64,000 nt of DNA from Candidatus Poriferihabitaceae bacterium (GCA_965237995.1 CBDEGO010000003.1:192511-256510), one strand, 5' to 3'; shown: positions 9,118 to 21,812, counted from the first letter of the stretch. Notes: generated from the sequence alone by a model not told the origin. Numbers and translations are program-made.

Positions 9118-11400
9118 CTAGCTTGTCTTGGTATGTATCTGCGCATCTGATACCGCTATAGCGGTCATATTAACAAGGCCCCTTACGCTCGCCGAGTTAG
9201 TCAATACGTGAATTGGCAGATCTGCACCAATTAAAATGGGGCCAACCGACACCCCTCGACCCAACATCTTAAGCAAGTTGTAAGAAATATGTGCCGAATC
9301 AGGGTTGGGCATAATCAGCGTATTTGCACGCCCTACTAGCGTACTTTCTGGCATGGCAAGGGAGCGTAACTTTTCTGATAAGGCGGTGTCAGCATGCATT
9401 TCGCCATCTACCTCTAGTTCAGGCGCGCGCATTTTAACCAGTCTTAACGCTTCTTGCATTAGACTAGAAGAGTTAGCTTCCTTCATACTGCCAAAGTTTG
9501 ATCGCGACAATAATGCCACCTTTGGCGTAATTCCAAATCGTGCTACTGCGTTGGAAACATCAATAGTCAGCTGCGCTAACTCATCAGAATCTAGATCAGA
9601 TGAAACATGGGTATCACTAATAAAAAAGGTGCCACTAGGCAATGCCAAAACCATCAAAGAAGTCAATTGCTTCGCGCCCTCTCGCAGCCCTGCTACTTTA
9701 CGTACATGGGCAAGATGACTAGAGAACTTTCCGACAGTCCCAACCAACATTGCGTCTGCATACCCTAATTTAACTAAAAGCGACCCGACTACTGTGGTGT
9801 TGCTGGTCACCGTGGCTTTTGCCGTCGCAGGCGTAGCCCCTTTTCGCCCCATTAGCCGATGGTATTCTTGCCAACATTCCTTGAAGTGTTGGTTGTTCAA
9901 TGGATCAATAACCTCAAAGTCTTTATCGACTTCAAGAATGAAGCCCAATTTATCGATTTGATTCAAAATCATTTCTCTTCTGCCAATCAAAACTGGAAAT
10001 GCAAGCTTTTGATTGACCACTTGCTGAACAGCTTGAAGAGTTAAACGCCGCTCCCCTTCAACATAGACCACTCGTTTTGGATCAGTACGCGCCTGACTCA
10101 TAATCGGCTTCATCAACGAACCTGACTTATAAATAAATTCAGTCAAGCTTTCAATATAAGCATCAAAGTCTTCTATTGGCCGCGTAGCTACACCGGAATC
10201 CATCGCCGCTTTCGCAACAGCAGGTGCGATCTCAATAATGAGTCGCGGGTCAAAAGGTTTTGGAATTAAATTCTCCGGACCAAAGGCTCCGATGGCTCCA
10301 CCATAAGCCATGTCGACTTCTTGAGTAGGGGCACGTTTCGCTAGATTAGCAATGGCATCAACGGCTGCAATTTTCATGGCTTCATTGATGACCGTTGCCC
10401 CGACATCTAATGCGCCGCGAAATAGAAAAGGAAAGCACAAAACATTATTTACCTGGTTAGGGTAGTCAGAACGCCCGGTGGCAATAATTGCGTGAGGCCG
10501 TACTGCTAAGGCCTTCTCCGGTAGTATTTCTGGCTCTGGATTTGCCAGCGCTAAAATCACTGGTGAATCCGCCATCAATTTAATATCTTCTGGCTGAATA
10601 ATACCCGCCGCTGATAGACCAAGGAAGATATCAGCGCCAGTTAATGCTTCGAGCAAAGTCAGTTCTTTTTCTTGGGTGGCGTAGACTGCTTTGTATTCAT
10701 CTACGTCTTTCTCCCGCCCTTTATGAATCATCCCTTTACTGTCGAAAATAGTGACATTCTCACGCGGTAAGCCCATCTCAACTAGTAAGTTAAGGCAAGC
10801 TAAGGACGCAGCGCCTGCACCTGTGGCGACTAGCTTTATTTTTTGTAGGTCTTTGCCATTAATTGACAACGCATTACGTACCGCAGCGCCCACGATTATG
10901 GCCGTACCATGTTGATCGTCATGAAAGACGGGGATATTCATTTGCTCCCGTAGCGCTTTTTCTATAATAAAACACTCCGGCGCGCTTATATCTTCCAAGT
11001 TTATGCCGCCAAATGTGGGTTCTAAACTACGAATAATTTCGATTAATTTGTCGGCGCGCTTTTCATTAATTTCAATGTCGAATACATTGATTCCAGCAAA
11101 CTTCTTAAATAATACGGCCTTCCCTTCCATCACCGGCTTCGAGGCCAGCGGCCCGATGTCTCCTAAGCCTAACACCGCAGTTCCATTTGATATCACCGCG
11201 ACTAAATTGCCTCTCGCAGTTAGAAAAGCCGCTTCTCCCTCATTTTCAGCAATCTCTAAACAGGCCGCTGCAACACCCGGAGAATACGCTAGAGATAAAT
11301 CTCGTTGTGTGGAAAGTGGTTTAGTTGCCACCACTTCTAATTTACCGTAAGGAATGCGGCGGTGATAACTTAAGGAGGGTTTAGAAAAATCTTCTGCCAT
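9118..11400 (-). CDS. maeB: NADP-dependent malic enzyme (malic enzyme fused to a PTA-like domain)
   Basis: The 760-aa protein has an N-terminal malic enzyme region (LSLAYSPGVAAAC, VFHDDQHGTAII) and a C-terminal phosphate-acetyltransferase-like domain. Confidence 0.9.
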   Translation of the reverse strand: MAEDFSKPSLSYHRRIPYGKLEVVATKPLSTQRDLSLAYSPGVAAACLEIAENEGEAAFLTARGNLVAVISNGTAVLGLGDIGPLASKPVMEGKAVLFKKFAGINVFDIEINEKRADKLIEIIRSLEPTFGGINLEDISAPECFIIEKALREQMNIPVFHDDQHGTAIIVGAAVRNALSINGKDLQKIKLVATGAGAASLACLNLLVEMGLPRENVTIFDSKGMIHKGREKDVDEYKAVYATQEKELTLLEALTGADIFLGLSAAGIIQPEDIKLMADSPVILALANPEPEILPEKALAVRPHAIIATGRSDYPNQVNNVLCFPFLFRGALDVGATVINEAMKIAAVDAIANLAKRAPTQEVDMAYGGAIGAFGPENLIPKPFDPRLIIEIAPAVAKAAMDSGVATRPIEDFDAYIESLTEFIYKSGSLMKPIMSQARTDPKRVVYVEGERRLTLQAVQQVVNQKLAFPVLIGRREMILNQIDKLGFILEVDKDFEVIDPLNNQHFKECWQEYHRLMGRKGATPATAKATVTSNTTVVGSLLVKLGYADAMLVGTVGKFSSHLAHVRKVAGLREGAKQLTSLMVLALPSGTFFISDTHVSSDLDSDELAQLTIDVSNAVARFGITPKVALLSRSNFGSMKEANSSSLMQEALRLVKMRAPELEVDGEMHADTALSEKLRSLAMPESTLVGRANTLIMPNPDSAHISYNLLKMLGRGVSVGPILIGADLPIHVLTNSASVRGLVNMTAIAVSDAQIHTKTS

Positions 11401-11596
11401 TTGAGTAAGGTTTTTTGCGTTATAGAGTCACTCAATCATAACGTGTCAAGCGTCCATATGCGATAAGCGTACCCTAGTTATCTAGAAAAATGATTTAGCT
11501 TAGATAAATAGAAGTGAGTTGCGCATCTCGCTTCGAGCGTTGTAGTAAGGAGTACTACAGGTTTAGTTTTATATCTTTAACAAGCCGTATAGCTAT

Positions 11597-12904
<1,308 letters not shown>

Positions 12905-12930
12905 TTAGACGCTGTGATCGTCGCGCCGTA

Positions 12931-13116
12931 TTAAGCTAAATATAAAACAACTAAGCCAAGCGCTATCGAAAAACCACCGGCAATACGCAAATGATCATTG
13001 GACAGAGACTGGACTTGCGCAAGAAAGCGCTTGAATACGTCTGGGGATGCAAAAGGCATTAAACCCTCGAACACCAAATACAAGCCAAATGCCGCTAAGA
13101 AATACTTCCAATCCAT
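12931..13116 (-). CDS. DUF2065 small membrane protein (YjeT-like)
   Basis: The 61-aa protein has two TM segments and sits in the conserved position between hflC and purA. Confidence 0.7.
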   Translation of the reverse strand: MDWKYFLAAFGLYLVFEGLMPFASPDVFKRFLAQVQSLSNDHLRIAGGFSIALGLVVLYLA

Positions 13117-13141
13117 CTTAACGGCTTATTCGGTTAGCTTA

Positions 13142-14017
13142 CTAATTAGTTTCAGGCTTCGAGTTTTTCAAATATTGCATGAACTCAGAACCAGGGTCTA
13201 CAACAAATAGATCTGACTTACTATTAAAGGTATTTTGATAGGCATCTAAGCTTTTATAAAACTTAAAGAATTCCTTATCTCGAGTAAATGATTCAGCATA
13301 AATTTTTGTAGCCTCGGCATCACCTGCACCTTTAGTTTCTTCAGAATCTCTTCTCGCTTCCGCTAATAAGACCTGGCGTTGGCGGTCAGCATCAGCTTGA
13401 ATCTTCTCTGCTGCCTCTTCCCCTTTTGCGCGCAGTTCTTTCGCGACACGCTTACGTTCTGCACGCATACGATTGTAGACCGTTTCACTGATAGCGGGGT
13501 CAAGATCAACACGCTTAAGTCGGACGTCTAGCACTTCGATTCCTAAACTAGCCGCCTCTTCATCCATTGATTTTCGTACTAAGTCCATGATTTTAATACG
13601 ATCACCAGAGACCACATCTTGCACTGAACGTTTACCCACTTCGACACGAATCGCGTCATTAACGCGTTGCGATAAGCGAGATCGCGCAGCGATTTTAGAG
13701 CCGTTTAAACGAATATAGTATTCACGTACGTCACGAATACGCCATTTAACAAAGGAATCAATCAGCAAGTTTTTCTTTTCTTTGGTTAAGAAACTCTCTG
13801 GGTCAGCATCCATTGTTTGAACGCGCGCATCAAAGTATTCTACGCTGTTAACGATCGGCATTTTCAAATGCCAGCCTGGTTTATCATCTGAACGAATAAT
13901 TTCACCAAATCGAAATACTACCGCCTTTTCACGTTCGTCTACCGTGTAAAACGCCAAACTAAAAAAGGCGGCTACAATGATAACCAGCGCGATTAATATT
14001 ACTTTTAAGCCTTTCAT
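13142..14017 (-). CDS. hflC: Protease modulator HflC (SPFH/band-7)
   Basis: The 291-aa protein has an N-terminal TM segment and an SPFH domain. It overlaps hflK by 4 bp. Confidence 0.9.
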   Translation of the reverse strand: MKGLKVILIALVIIVAAFFSLAFYTVDEREKAVVFRFGEIIRSDDKPGWHLKMPIVNSVEYFDARVQTMDADPESFLTKEKKNLLIDSFVKWRIRDVREYYIRLNGSKIAARSRLSQRVNDAIRVEVGKRSVQDVVSGDRIKIMDLVRKSMDEEAASLGIEVLDVRLKRVDLDPAISETVYNRMRAERKRVAKELRAKGEEAAEKIQADADRQRQVLLAEARRDSEETKGAGDAEATKIYAESFTRDKEFFKFYKSLDAYQNTFNSKSDLFVVDPGSEFMQYLKNSKPETN

Positions 14018-15252
14018 CGTGTGGTACTCCTCGTTGTAGAGCGCGCGGCGCGTGAACTCGATGCATTATTGAAATCTCCGGCTGCACTATTGCTTGGAGA
14101 ACTCGTGCTTTGCGTTCCCAAAGACCGAGAGTTGCCAGCAGCGGCGGCCCCATTTTGGATCATTTTATCAAGCGGCAAATACATTACGTTGTTGCTAGAT
14201 GATTGGTCAATCACCATCTTACTACTATTGCCGAGCACACTTTGCATTGCGTCTAAATACATGCGGTCGCGAGTAACTTGTGGCGCTTTTTGATATTCAG
14301 TCCGTACTTGATCAAAACGCGATGCTTCACCGTGCGCATCTGCTATAACACTGGCCTTATAGCCTTGAGCTTCTTCTAATATTCGAGCTGCCAAACCACG
14401 AGACTTCGGAATAATATCATTGGCATAAGCTTCAGCTTCGTTTATCAAGCGTTGCTCATCTTCACGCGCTCTAACCGCATCGTCAAATGCATCTTTCACT
14501 TGACTAGGTGGTTGCGCGTTTTGCATTTCAACAGAGCGGATGTTTATGCCCGTTTGGTAACGATCTAAAATCGCTTGCAGTAGCACTTTAGTCTCGGCTG
14601 CAATTTGCGCGCGACCTTCGGTTATCGCGAAATCCATCGTATTATGGCCAACGATTTCACGTACCGCGCTTTCTGTTGCTTGACGCACTACCACTTCAAT
14701 AGGGTCACCTACATTAAACAGTAAATCTGTTGGTGACTTAATATCAAATTGCACTGCAAAAGCGATATCGATGATATTTTCATCTTCTGTCAGCATCAAT
14801 GCCTCTTTTGGCACAGAGGCATTGCTTCCACGACTTCGATATCCAACTTCTACCGTATTCACATTCTGAATATTAATGATGTTTACAGATTCAATCGGTG
14901 ACGGCCAATGCCAATGCAAGCCCGCCCCAGTGGTGGAATGCTCTCGACCAAAACGTAGCTCTACGCCCTGCTCACCTTGGTTCACTTTATAAACGCCACT
15001 AAATAACCAGAAGCCCAATGCGACAATAGCGCCAAGCAATAACATGCCAGCACTCATACCTGCGCCCGGTAATTGCACGCCGCCAGAGCCATTGCTTCCA
15101 CCGCCGCCTCCGCCAAACGATTTAGTTAAACGCTCTTTAGCGTCTTTAAACACTTGATCTAAATCAGGTGGGCCTTGTTGTTGGCCTTTACGCTTGCCCC
15201 AAGGGTCGTTAGGGTCTTTATCTCCACCCGAACCGGGTTGATTCCAAGGCAT
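14014..15252 (-). CDS. hflK: Protease modulator HflK (SPFH/band-7)
   Basis: The N-terminus MPWNQPGSGGDKDPNDPWGKRKG is typical of HflK. A Gly-rich linker, a TM segment and an SPFH domain follow. Confidence 0.9.
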   Translation of the reverse strand: MPWNQPGSGGDKDPNDPWGKRKGQQQGPPDLDQVFKDAKERLTKSFGGGGGGSNGSGGVQLPGAGMSAGMLLLGAIVALGFWLFSGVYKVNQGEQGVELRFGREHSTTGAGLHWHWPSPIESVNIINIQNVNTVEVGYRSRGSNASVPKEALMLTEDENIIDIAFAVQFDIKSPTDLLFNVGDPIEVVVRQATESAVREIVGHNTMDFAITEGRAQIAAETKVLLQAILDRYQTGINIRSVEMQNAQPPSQVKDAFDDAVRAREDEQRLINEAEAYANDIIPKSRGLAARILEEAQGYKASVIADAHGEASRFDQVRTEYQKAPQVTRDRMYLDAMQSVLGNSSKMVIDQSSSNNVMYLPLDKMIQNGAAAAGNSRSLGTQSTSSPSNSAAGDFNNASSSRAARSTTRSTTR

Positions 15253-15420
15253 GTTTTGTCCTCTGTATTGGATTAAATGTGATTGTTAAATTATAGCATG
15301 CAGCAGATAAACTACGGGCCGCTTTACACGCCAAATCTCTAATTATGTGGGGCCAAAAATAGCGGGTTCAATCGGATATAACAAATGCTTTTCGTTGTTA
15401 CAATCATTTTGCTTAGGTCA

Positions 15421-16056
15421 TTACTTACTTGCAGAGTTAATTACATTCAGCGCATCAAATAAGGCGACGAGCTTATTTTTATCTTTGACCCCCGGTTTCA
15501 GTTCTACCGAACTAGCCAAATCAAGCGAGCGCACGCCAGAGTCGGTAACCGCCTCTGCCAATGTTTCGTGATTCAAACCACCCGCTAAAATAAGCCTTGG
15601 GTCATCAATTTGTTTTACCCTACTCCAGTCAAACGTGTTACCGGTGCCACCATACACATCGGGCACGTATGTATCTAACAATACACCGCTTGCAGAACTA
15701 TATTTGTCTAATTCACGTTGCAGATCAATCGTATCTGACATCCTCAATACTTTGACGTAAGGGATGCCAAACTGCTCGCAAAATTCTACGGTTTCATCGC
15801 CATGAAACTGCACCATATTAAACGGTGCTGAATGCAGTATTTCCTCGACTAAGTCGGCAGTAGGGTTAACCACCACCGCAAGCGACTTACAAAGTGGGTT
15901 AAGGGCTTTTATTACTCCCGCTGCGTCATCAATACTCGCAGCTCGAGGACTTTTATCATAAAAAATCATGCCGATGGCATCCGCACCTAAATCAGACGCC
16001 AACTTCGCATCTTCAGCGCGTGTCATTCCGCAGACCTTTAGACGTACTCGATTCAT
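15421..16056 (-). CDS. trpF: Phosphoribosylanthranilate isomerase
   Basis: The 211-aa protein begins MNRVRLKVCGMTRAEDA and contains GADAIGMIFYDKSPR, matching the monofunctional TrpF pattern. Confidence 0.88.
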   Translation of the reverse strand: MNRVRLKVCGMTRAEDAKLASDLGADAIGMIFYDKSPRAASIDDAAGVIKALNPLCKSLAVVVNPTADLVEEILHSAPFNMVQFHGDETVEFCEQFGIPYVKVLRMSDTIDLQRELDKYSSASGVLLDTYVPDVYGGTGNTFDWSRVKQIDDPRLILAGGLNHETLAEAVTDSGVRSLDLASSVELKPGVKDKNKLVALFDALNVINSASK

Positions 16057-16065
16057 GCCATTAGT

Positions 16066-16863
16066 TTACCAAAATCGAGGGGCGGCATTCGCTTGTGGTA
16101 ACGCATATTCGGTTGGGTATTCAATGTGCGTTAAATATAAACCAAAAGGGGGTGCGGTCACCCCGCCTTGCGTTCGATCTTTTGACTCCAATACTTCACG
16201 AGCCCAATCTGTAGGTGCTTCTCCAGCTCCGATTTTACAAAACACGCCCATCATATTACGCACCATATGATGCAGGAAACCGTTTGCATGAATATCTGTG
16301 ACGACCCATTCGCCATGACGTTCAATGTTGATTTTCTTCATATGCTTAACGGGGTCTAGTGACTGACAACTACTCGCCCGATAAGCACTGAAGTCATGTT
16401 CACCTATTAATGCTTGCGCCGCTTCATACATTTTCTGCTCATCTAGCGCGCGATAATCCCATGTAACCTTACTCGCTAGATAGCTTGGCTTCATCGGACG
16501 GTTTAGCAAAATATATCTATATTCACGACGTATCGCCGAAAACCGTGCATGAAAGTTAGTGTCAACCTCATTAATCCAGACTAAGCTCACCCCGTCAGGT
16601 AGCTTCGTATTGATCCCTCGCAACCAACTGCGATTTGACCGTATTTTCGCGCTATCAAAGTGAAATACTTGCCCGCTAGCATGGACATTCGTGTCGGTGC
16701 GCCCTGCCACGGTGACGCTAACGGCCTCATCGGCTACATGCGAAATAGCTTTTTCAACAGCTTGTTGCACCGTTTTTACGCCTACTTGAGTCTGCCAACC
16801 GCAGAATAAAGCCCCATCATATTCAATAATGGCGGCATACCGCTTTAATGCAGATTCGATCAT
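16066..16863 (-). CDS. truA: tRNA pseudouridine(38-40) synthase
   Basis: Motifs include YDGALFCGWQTQ and the catalytic AGRTDTNVHASGQV. Confidence 0.92.
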   Translation of the reverse strand: MIESALKRYAAIIEYDGALFCGWQTQVGVKTVQQAVEKAISHVADEAVSVTVAGRTDTNVHASGQVFHFDSAKIRSNRSWLRGINTKLPDGVSLVWINEVDTNFHARFSAIRREYRYILLNRPMKPSYLASKVTWDYRALDEQKMYEAAQALIGEHDFSAYRASSCQSLDPVKHMKKINIERHGEWVVTDIHANGFLHHMVRNMMGVFCKIGAGEAPTDWAREVLESKDRTQGGVTAPPFGLYLTHIEYPTEYALPQANAAPRFW

Positions 16864-16877
16864 TACGTTAATTCAGA

Positions 16878-16903
16878 AAAAAAGCGGCTATCAGCCGCCT
16901 TTT
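16878..16903 (-). terminator. Rho-independent terminator downstream of fba
   Basis: The minus-strand RNA reads AAAAAGGCGGCUGAUAGCCGCUUUUUUU. Confidence 0.7.
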
Positions 16904-16924
16904 TAATATTTTACGTTGCTGTCG

Positions 16925-17989
16925 TTAAACTACTTTTTGATCTAACTCGCCTGAGTGATAACGTGCTGTCATATCTTCTAAGTTGATCGATTTAATTTTG
17001 GACGCATTGCCCGCTGTACCAAACGCCTCGTAGCGCGCAATGCAGATATCACGCATCGCGTTTGTAGCTGACTTCAAATATTTACGTGGGTCAAATTCCG
17101 CTGGATGATCTGCAAAATACTTACGTATCGCACCAGTTGAAGCCATCCGTAAGTCAGTATCAATGTTCACCTTGCGTACGCCATGCTTAATGCCTTCGAC
17201 AATTTCTTCAACCGGTACGCCATAGGTTTCACCCATTGCGCCGCCGTGGTCATTAATTATCTTAAGCCAATCTTGCGGCACAGAAGAAGAGCCGTGCATA
17301 ACAAGATGGGTGTTAGGAATACGCGCATTAATCGCCTTGACTTGGTCGATAGCCAGTATGTCACCCGTTGGAGGGCGTGTAAACTTATAGGCGCCGTGAG
17401 ACGTACCAATTGCGATAGCCAAAGCGTCAACACCTGTCTTCGCTACAAAGTCAGCGGCCTCTTCGGGGTCCGTAAGCAATTGACTATGATCAAGCACGCC
17501 TTCAGCGCCAACGCCGTCTTCTTCACCTGCCATGCCAGTTTCGAGTGAACCTAAACAGCCTAATTCGCCTTCTACCGATACGCCGCAAGCATGCGCCATC
17601 GCAACGGTTTGCTTGGTAACATCAACGTTATATTCATAGCTAGAAGGTGTTTTGCCATCGCTTTCAAGAGAGCCGTCCATCATCACAGAAGAAAAGCCGA
17701 GTTGAATTGATCGCTGACAAACGGCCGGCGAAGTTCCGTGATCTTGATGGACGCACACGGGAATATCTGGCCATTGCTCAACAGCTGCCTGAATTAAGTG
17801 GCGTAAAAATGGCGCACCTGCATAAGCACGAGCACCAGCGGAAGCTTGCACAATAACCGGCGAGTTAGTCTGCTCAGCCGCATGCATAATTGCATGCATT
17901 TGCTCCATATTGTTTACGTTATACGCAGGAACGCCATAGTCGTGTTCTGCGGCATGATCAAGAAGTTGTCGTAATGAGATGATTGGCAT
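16925..17989 (-). CDS. fba: Class II fructose-bisphosphate aldolase (354 aa, Calvin-cycle/FbaA subtype)
   Basis: The protein contains [27 protein letters not shown] and the Zn ligands of class II aldolases ([18 protein letters not shown]). Confidence 0.92.
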   Translation of the reverse strand: MPIISLRQLLDHAAEHDYGVPAYNVNNMEQMHAIMHAAEQTNSPVIVQASAGARAYAGAPFLRHLIQAAVEQWPDIPVCVHQDHGTSPAVCQRSIQLGFSSVMMDGSLESDGKTPSSYEYNVDVTKQTVAMAHACGVSVEGELGCLGSLETGMAGEEDGVGAEGVLDHSQLLTDPEEAADFVAKTGVDALAIAIGTSHGAYKFTRPPTGDILAIDQVKAINARIPNTHLVMHGSSSVPQDWLKIINDHGGAMGETYGVPVEEIVEGIKHGVRKVNIDTDLRMASTGAIRKYFADHPAEFDPRKYLKSATNAMRDICIARYEAFGTAGNASKIKSINLEDMTARYHSGELDQKVV

Positions 17990-18019
17990 AATCGAAGCCC
18001 TATAATATTAAATAATGTG

Positions 18020-19453
18020 TTATTGAAGCGCGACTTCACCCACACGAACGATCTTCATCGTATTTGTGCGTCCTTTAATGGAGCTGTCGCCTCGGGTAAT
18101 GATAATTTGTTCTCGGTCTTTTACTTGTCCAGATTTCTTAAGTGATTCTACCGCAGCGCGGTTAATCCCGGAAGACTGCCAAGCAGTTACGTCGAATGAA
18201 ACGGGTTGTACACTGCGGTACAAGCAAACCTTTCGCGCAGCATTGGGGCTACGCGTCATAGCGAAGATGGGCGTATAGGCATTGGTTCTAGACATCAATA
18301 GCGCTGTTCTACCTGACTCAGTTAAGGCGATAATAGCGGCAACTGGGAAACGAGAAGCGGTAAACATCGTTGCCATTGCAATGGATTCTTCCGCGTTACC
18401 AAACTCTACGTCCATGACGTATTTAGTCGCATGGCCATCTTCACCTTCTGAACCAACACAAATTCGGTGCATTGCTTCGATGACCTTTTCTGGATACTTA
18501 CCGACGGCTGTTTCTGCCGATAACATCACTGCATCTGTGCCATCTAACACGGCATTGGCTACATCTGAGACCTCTGCACGCGTAGGTAGCGGACTTTCGA
18601 TCATCGACTGCATCATTTGTGTAGCCGTAATAACGACTCGATTAGACTCCCGCGCTTTACGAATTAAGTGTTTTTGTACACCCGGCAAATTTTCGTCGCC
18701 AATCTCAACACCTAGATCACCGCGAGCGATCATTATCACATCGGTATCTTTAATGATTTCGTCTATGTTATCGAGTGCTTCTTTGCGCTCTATTTTTGCC
18801 ACAATAGCAGCTTCATTCCCTAAACCACGCATTAAACCACGTGCAATGTGGATATCTTTTGCATTCTTTACGAACGAAATAGCCAAAAAGTCGACGTCTA
18901 ATTTGGCCGCAAGCTTTATGTCATTTTTGTCCTTTGCGGTTAAAGCACCGGCTGACAAACCGCCGCCCTTTAGGTTAATTCCTTTGTTATTAGATAGTTT
19001 TCCACCGATAAGTACCTTGGTGTGTATTTCACTATCTGTTATCTCAGATACTTCTAGGGCAATGTTACCGTCGTCAAGAATTAGAGTGTTACCTACTTCG
19101 ACGTCATTGATCAATTCCGCGTAAGTCAATCCGACTTGATTGATGTCACCGTCGGTTTTGCCGAGCGTGGTGCTTAAAGTAAATAGTGCGCCTTCCTCTA
19201 ACTGAACAGCATCATTCTTGAATCGTTCAATACGAATCTTTGGACCTTGCAAGTCGCCCAAAATTGCGACTGTTAAGCCAAGCTCAGCTGAAACTTCTCT
19301 AACAAGTTCCACTCTGCGTTGGTGTTCCTGCGCATCTCCGTGCGAAAAGTTAATCCGTACGACATTTACACCCTGAGTTAGGATGTTTTTCATTACTTCA
19401 GGGTCGTCAGTAGCAGGCCCTAAAGAAGCCACGATTTTAGTGCGACGCATCAT
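18020..19453 (-). CDS. pyk: Pyruvate kinase
   Basis: Motifs include MRRTKIVASLGPA, VVRINFSHG and MIARGDLGVEI. Confidence 0.93.
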   Translation of the reverse strand: MMRRTKIVASLGPATDDPEVMKNILTQGVNVVRINFSHGDAQEHQRRVELVREVSAELGLTVAILGDLQGPKIRIERFKNDAVQLEEGALFTLSTTLGKTDGDINQVGLTYAELINDVEVGNTLILDDGNIALEVSEITDSEIHTKVLIGGKLSNNKGINLKGGGLSAGALTAKDKNDIKLAAKLDVDFLAISFVKNAKDIHIARGLMRGLGNEAAIVAKIERKEALDNIDEIIKDTDVIMIARGDLGVEIGDENLPGVQKHLIRKARESNRVVITATQMMQSMIESPLPTRAEVSDVANAVLDGTDAVMLSAETAVGKYPEKVIEAMHRICVGSEGEDGHATKYVMDVEFGNAEESIAMATMFTASRFPVAAIIALTESGRTALLMSRTNAYTPIFAMTRSPNAARKVCLYRSVQPVSFDVTAWQSSGINRAAVESLKKSGQVKDREQIIITRGDSSIKGRTNTMKIVRVGEVALQ

Positions 19454-19491
19454 GATGTAACCGTATCCATATTCCGATAATTATAGCGGCT

Positions 19492-20666
19492 TCAAGCGCG
19501 CGACTTAAGCATTTCAACCGCGGGTAGTTTTTTACCTTCTAGAAACTCTAAAAAAGCGCCGCCGCCAGTAGAAATATACGAAACCATCGGTTCAATATTA
19601 TATTTGTCTACTGCCGCTAAGGTATCACCGCCACCGGCAATAGAAAACGCTGAAGAGTTTGCAATCGCTTGCGCTAATACTTCAGTGCCATTGCCAAATT
19701 GATCAAATTCAAATACGCCAACTGGGCCATTCCAAACGATCGTGCCCGCATTCGACATTAATTCCGCAAATTGTTGCGCAGTTTTTGGCCCGATATCGAA
19801 AATCATATCATCGTCCAGCACGTCTTCAACACGTTTTATCACGGCTTTTGCTTCTGGCGAAAACTCTTTTCCAACGACCACATCAACCGGAACAGGGATT
19901 TCTCCGCCTTTAGCTTTAGCCGCGTCCATTAGGCGCTGCGCTTCAGGAATTAAGTCTATTTCAACTAGAGATTTACCTACGTTGTAACCTGCTGCAGCAA
20001 TAAATGTATTCGCTATGCCACCACCGGGAATGAGTTGGTCTACGATGCCGGATAACGCCTCTAGTACCGTGAGTTTAGTTGATACTTTTGACCCGCCTAC
20101 AATCGCTGCCATAGGGCGCTTTGGCTGGTTTAGCGCTTCACCTAAAGCCGCTAGCTCTCCTTCCAATAAAGGCCCGGCGCAGGCTTGAGGTGCGAATTCC
20201 CTACGCCATGGGTCGATGCTTGTGCTCGATGCGCAGTACCAAATGCATCCATTACATAGACATCACATAATGCCGCATAGGCCTTTGCTAGATCTGTATC
20301 ATTTGATTTTTCACCGCGGTTAAAGCGTACGTTTTCTAGCAACACTACTTCACCATCGTTTAAGACGGGGGCAGTTTGTAGATAATCATTCACCAATCGA
20401 ACAGTTTGCCCTAATACCTGACTTAGATAGTCTGCAACCGGTGCCAGTGACAAAGCCTTATCAACTTCCCCTTCAGTCGGGCGGCCCATATGTGACATGA
20501 GTATCACGCGCGCGCCCTTTTGCAAGGCTAAGCGAATGGTTGGTAAAGAGGCGTCGATTCGTTTTGCGGAGCTAACAGCGCCGTCTTTAATTGGCACATT
20601 TAAATCTTGACGAATAAGTACTGACTTACCCGATAGATCAAGCTGTTCCATTGTGATAATTGGCAT
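19492..20666 (-). pseudogene. pgk: Phosphoglycerate kinase split by a 1-nt deletion (or sequencing error)
   Basis: Two ORFs (20151..20666 and 19492..20166) together cover a full-length Pgk. Restoring one G in the run at 20199-20201 turns ...[19 protein letters not shown] into ...[33 protein letters not shown]..., continuous with the second ORF. Confidence 0.9.
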
Positions 20667-20747
20667 TATATTTATACTTATTATTTATTAATATCAGTTA
20701 TTTAATAAGGCTATTTAAACTAACCTAGTGATATATATGCAACTTTT

Positions 20748-20777
20748 AATAACAAAAGGCTGCCCATAGAGCAGCCT
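20748..20777 (-). terminator. Rho-independent terminator downstream of gap
   Basis: The minus-strand RNA reads AGGCUGC-UCUAUGG-GCAGCCU followed by UUUGUUAUU. Confidence 0.65.
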
Positions 20778-20810
20778 ATCTAAAGCAAATAAACAGAGTA
20801 GATTACTTTA

Positions 20811-21812
20811 TTATTTAGCGTTCATTAATGCCATTGTGGTATCTAGCATACGGTTTGAAAACCCCCACTCATTATCATACCAAGAGCACACTTTGACCAA
20901 TGTGCCCCCCGTAACGCGCGTCATGCCTGCGTCAAAATTAGAGGAGGTAGACACATGATTAAAATCAACTGAAACCAATGGTGCATCAGTATAAGCCAAT
21001 ACCTTATTATCGGCTGCGTCTTGCATAATACTATTAATTTCTTCAACTGATGTTTCACGCGCCGCAACAAAAGTTAAGTCCACTAAAGACACATTGATGG
21101 TGGGAACGCGCACTGAAAACCCATCTAACTTGCCATTTAAGTCTGGCAATACAAGCCCTACCGCAGCCGCAGCACCAGTTTTAGTTGGAATCATCGATTG
21201 AGTAGCAGAACGTGCGCGACGTAAGTCACTATGAAATACATCTGTTAGCACTTGATCGTTGGTGTAGGCATGAATGGTGTTCATCAAACCGTGAACAACG
21301 CCAATGGTGTCGTTTAATGGTTTCACTAACGGAGCTAAACAGTTAGTCGTGCAAGAAGCATTAGAGATAATTGTATCGCTTGACTTAAGTACATCTTCGT
21401 TTACACCGAAAACGATTGTCGCGTCGACATCTGAACCACCTGGTGCAGAGATAATAACTTTCTTAGCCCCTGCTTCAATATGTGCGCTTGCTTTGTCTTT
21501 GGATGCAAAGAAGCCTGTGCATTCCATTACCACATCAACACCTAATTCGCCCCACGGTAGTTTTGCTGGGTCGCGCTCGGCACAAACCTTAATGCGGTCA
21601 CCATTGACGATAATATCGTCACCTTCTACGCTTACGGTACCGGGGAAACGACCATGTGCAGTATCGTATTGCGTTAAGTGTGCATTGGTATTTGCATCAC
21701 CTAAATCATTGATGGCTACGATTTCAATGTCATCACGACCTGATTCATAACGTGCCCGTAAAATATTGCGGCCAATGCGACCATAGCCATTAATTGCGAC
21801 TTTGATAGTCAT
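20811..21812 (-). CDS. gap: Glyceraldehyde-3-phosphate dehydrogenase, type I
   Basis: The protein begins [16 protein letters not shown] and has the catalytic [12 protein letters not shown] motif. Confidence 0.93.
   Translation of the reverse strand: MTIKVAINGYGRIGRNILRARYESGRDDIEIVAINDLGDANTNAHLTQYDTAHGRFPGTVSVEGDDIIVNGDRIKVCAERDPAKLPWGELGVDVVMECTGFFASKDKASAHIEAGAKKVIISAPGGSDVDATIVFGVNEDVLKSSDTIISNASCTTNCLAPLVKPLNDTIGVVHGLMNTIHAYTNDQVLTDVFHSDLRRARSATQSMIPTKTGAAAAVGLVLPDLNGKLDGFSVRVPTINVSLVDLTFVAARETSVEEINSIMQDAADNKVLAYTDAPLVSVDFNHVSTSSNFDAGMTRVTGGTLVKVCSWYDNEWGFSNRMLDTTMALMNAK

Noticed and set aside
15253-15420. hflK is preceded by trpF-truA rather than hfq-hflX.
   Set aside because: This is a synteny difference only. 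hfq-hflX may simply lie elsewhere, and nothing unusual is visible in the intergenic sequence.
18282-19124. A 280-aa ORF antisense to pyk. Similar long antisense ORFs occur at 21304..21750 (gap), 48512..48949 and 49499..50122 (glpD/DUF2160), and 9305..9718 (maeB).
   Set aside because: These are Ser/Ala/Ile-rich and low-complexity, in the frame opposite strongly supported genes. This is the typical stop-codon-depleted shadow frame. There is no RBS or motif support.
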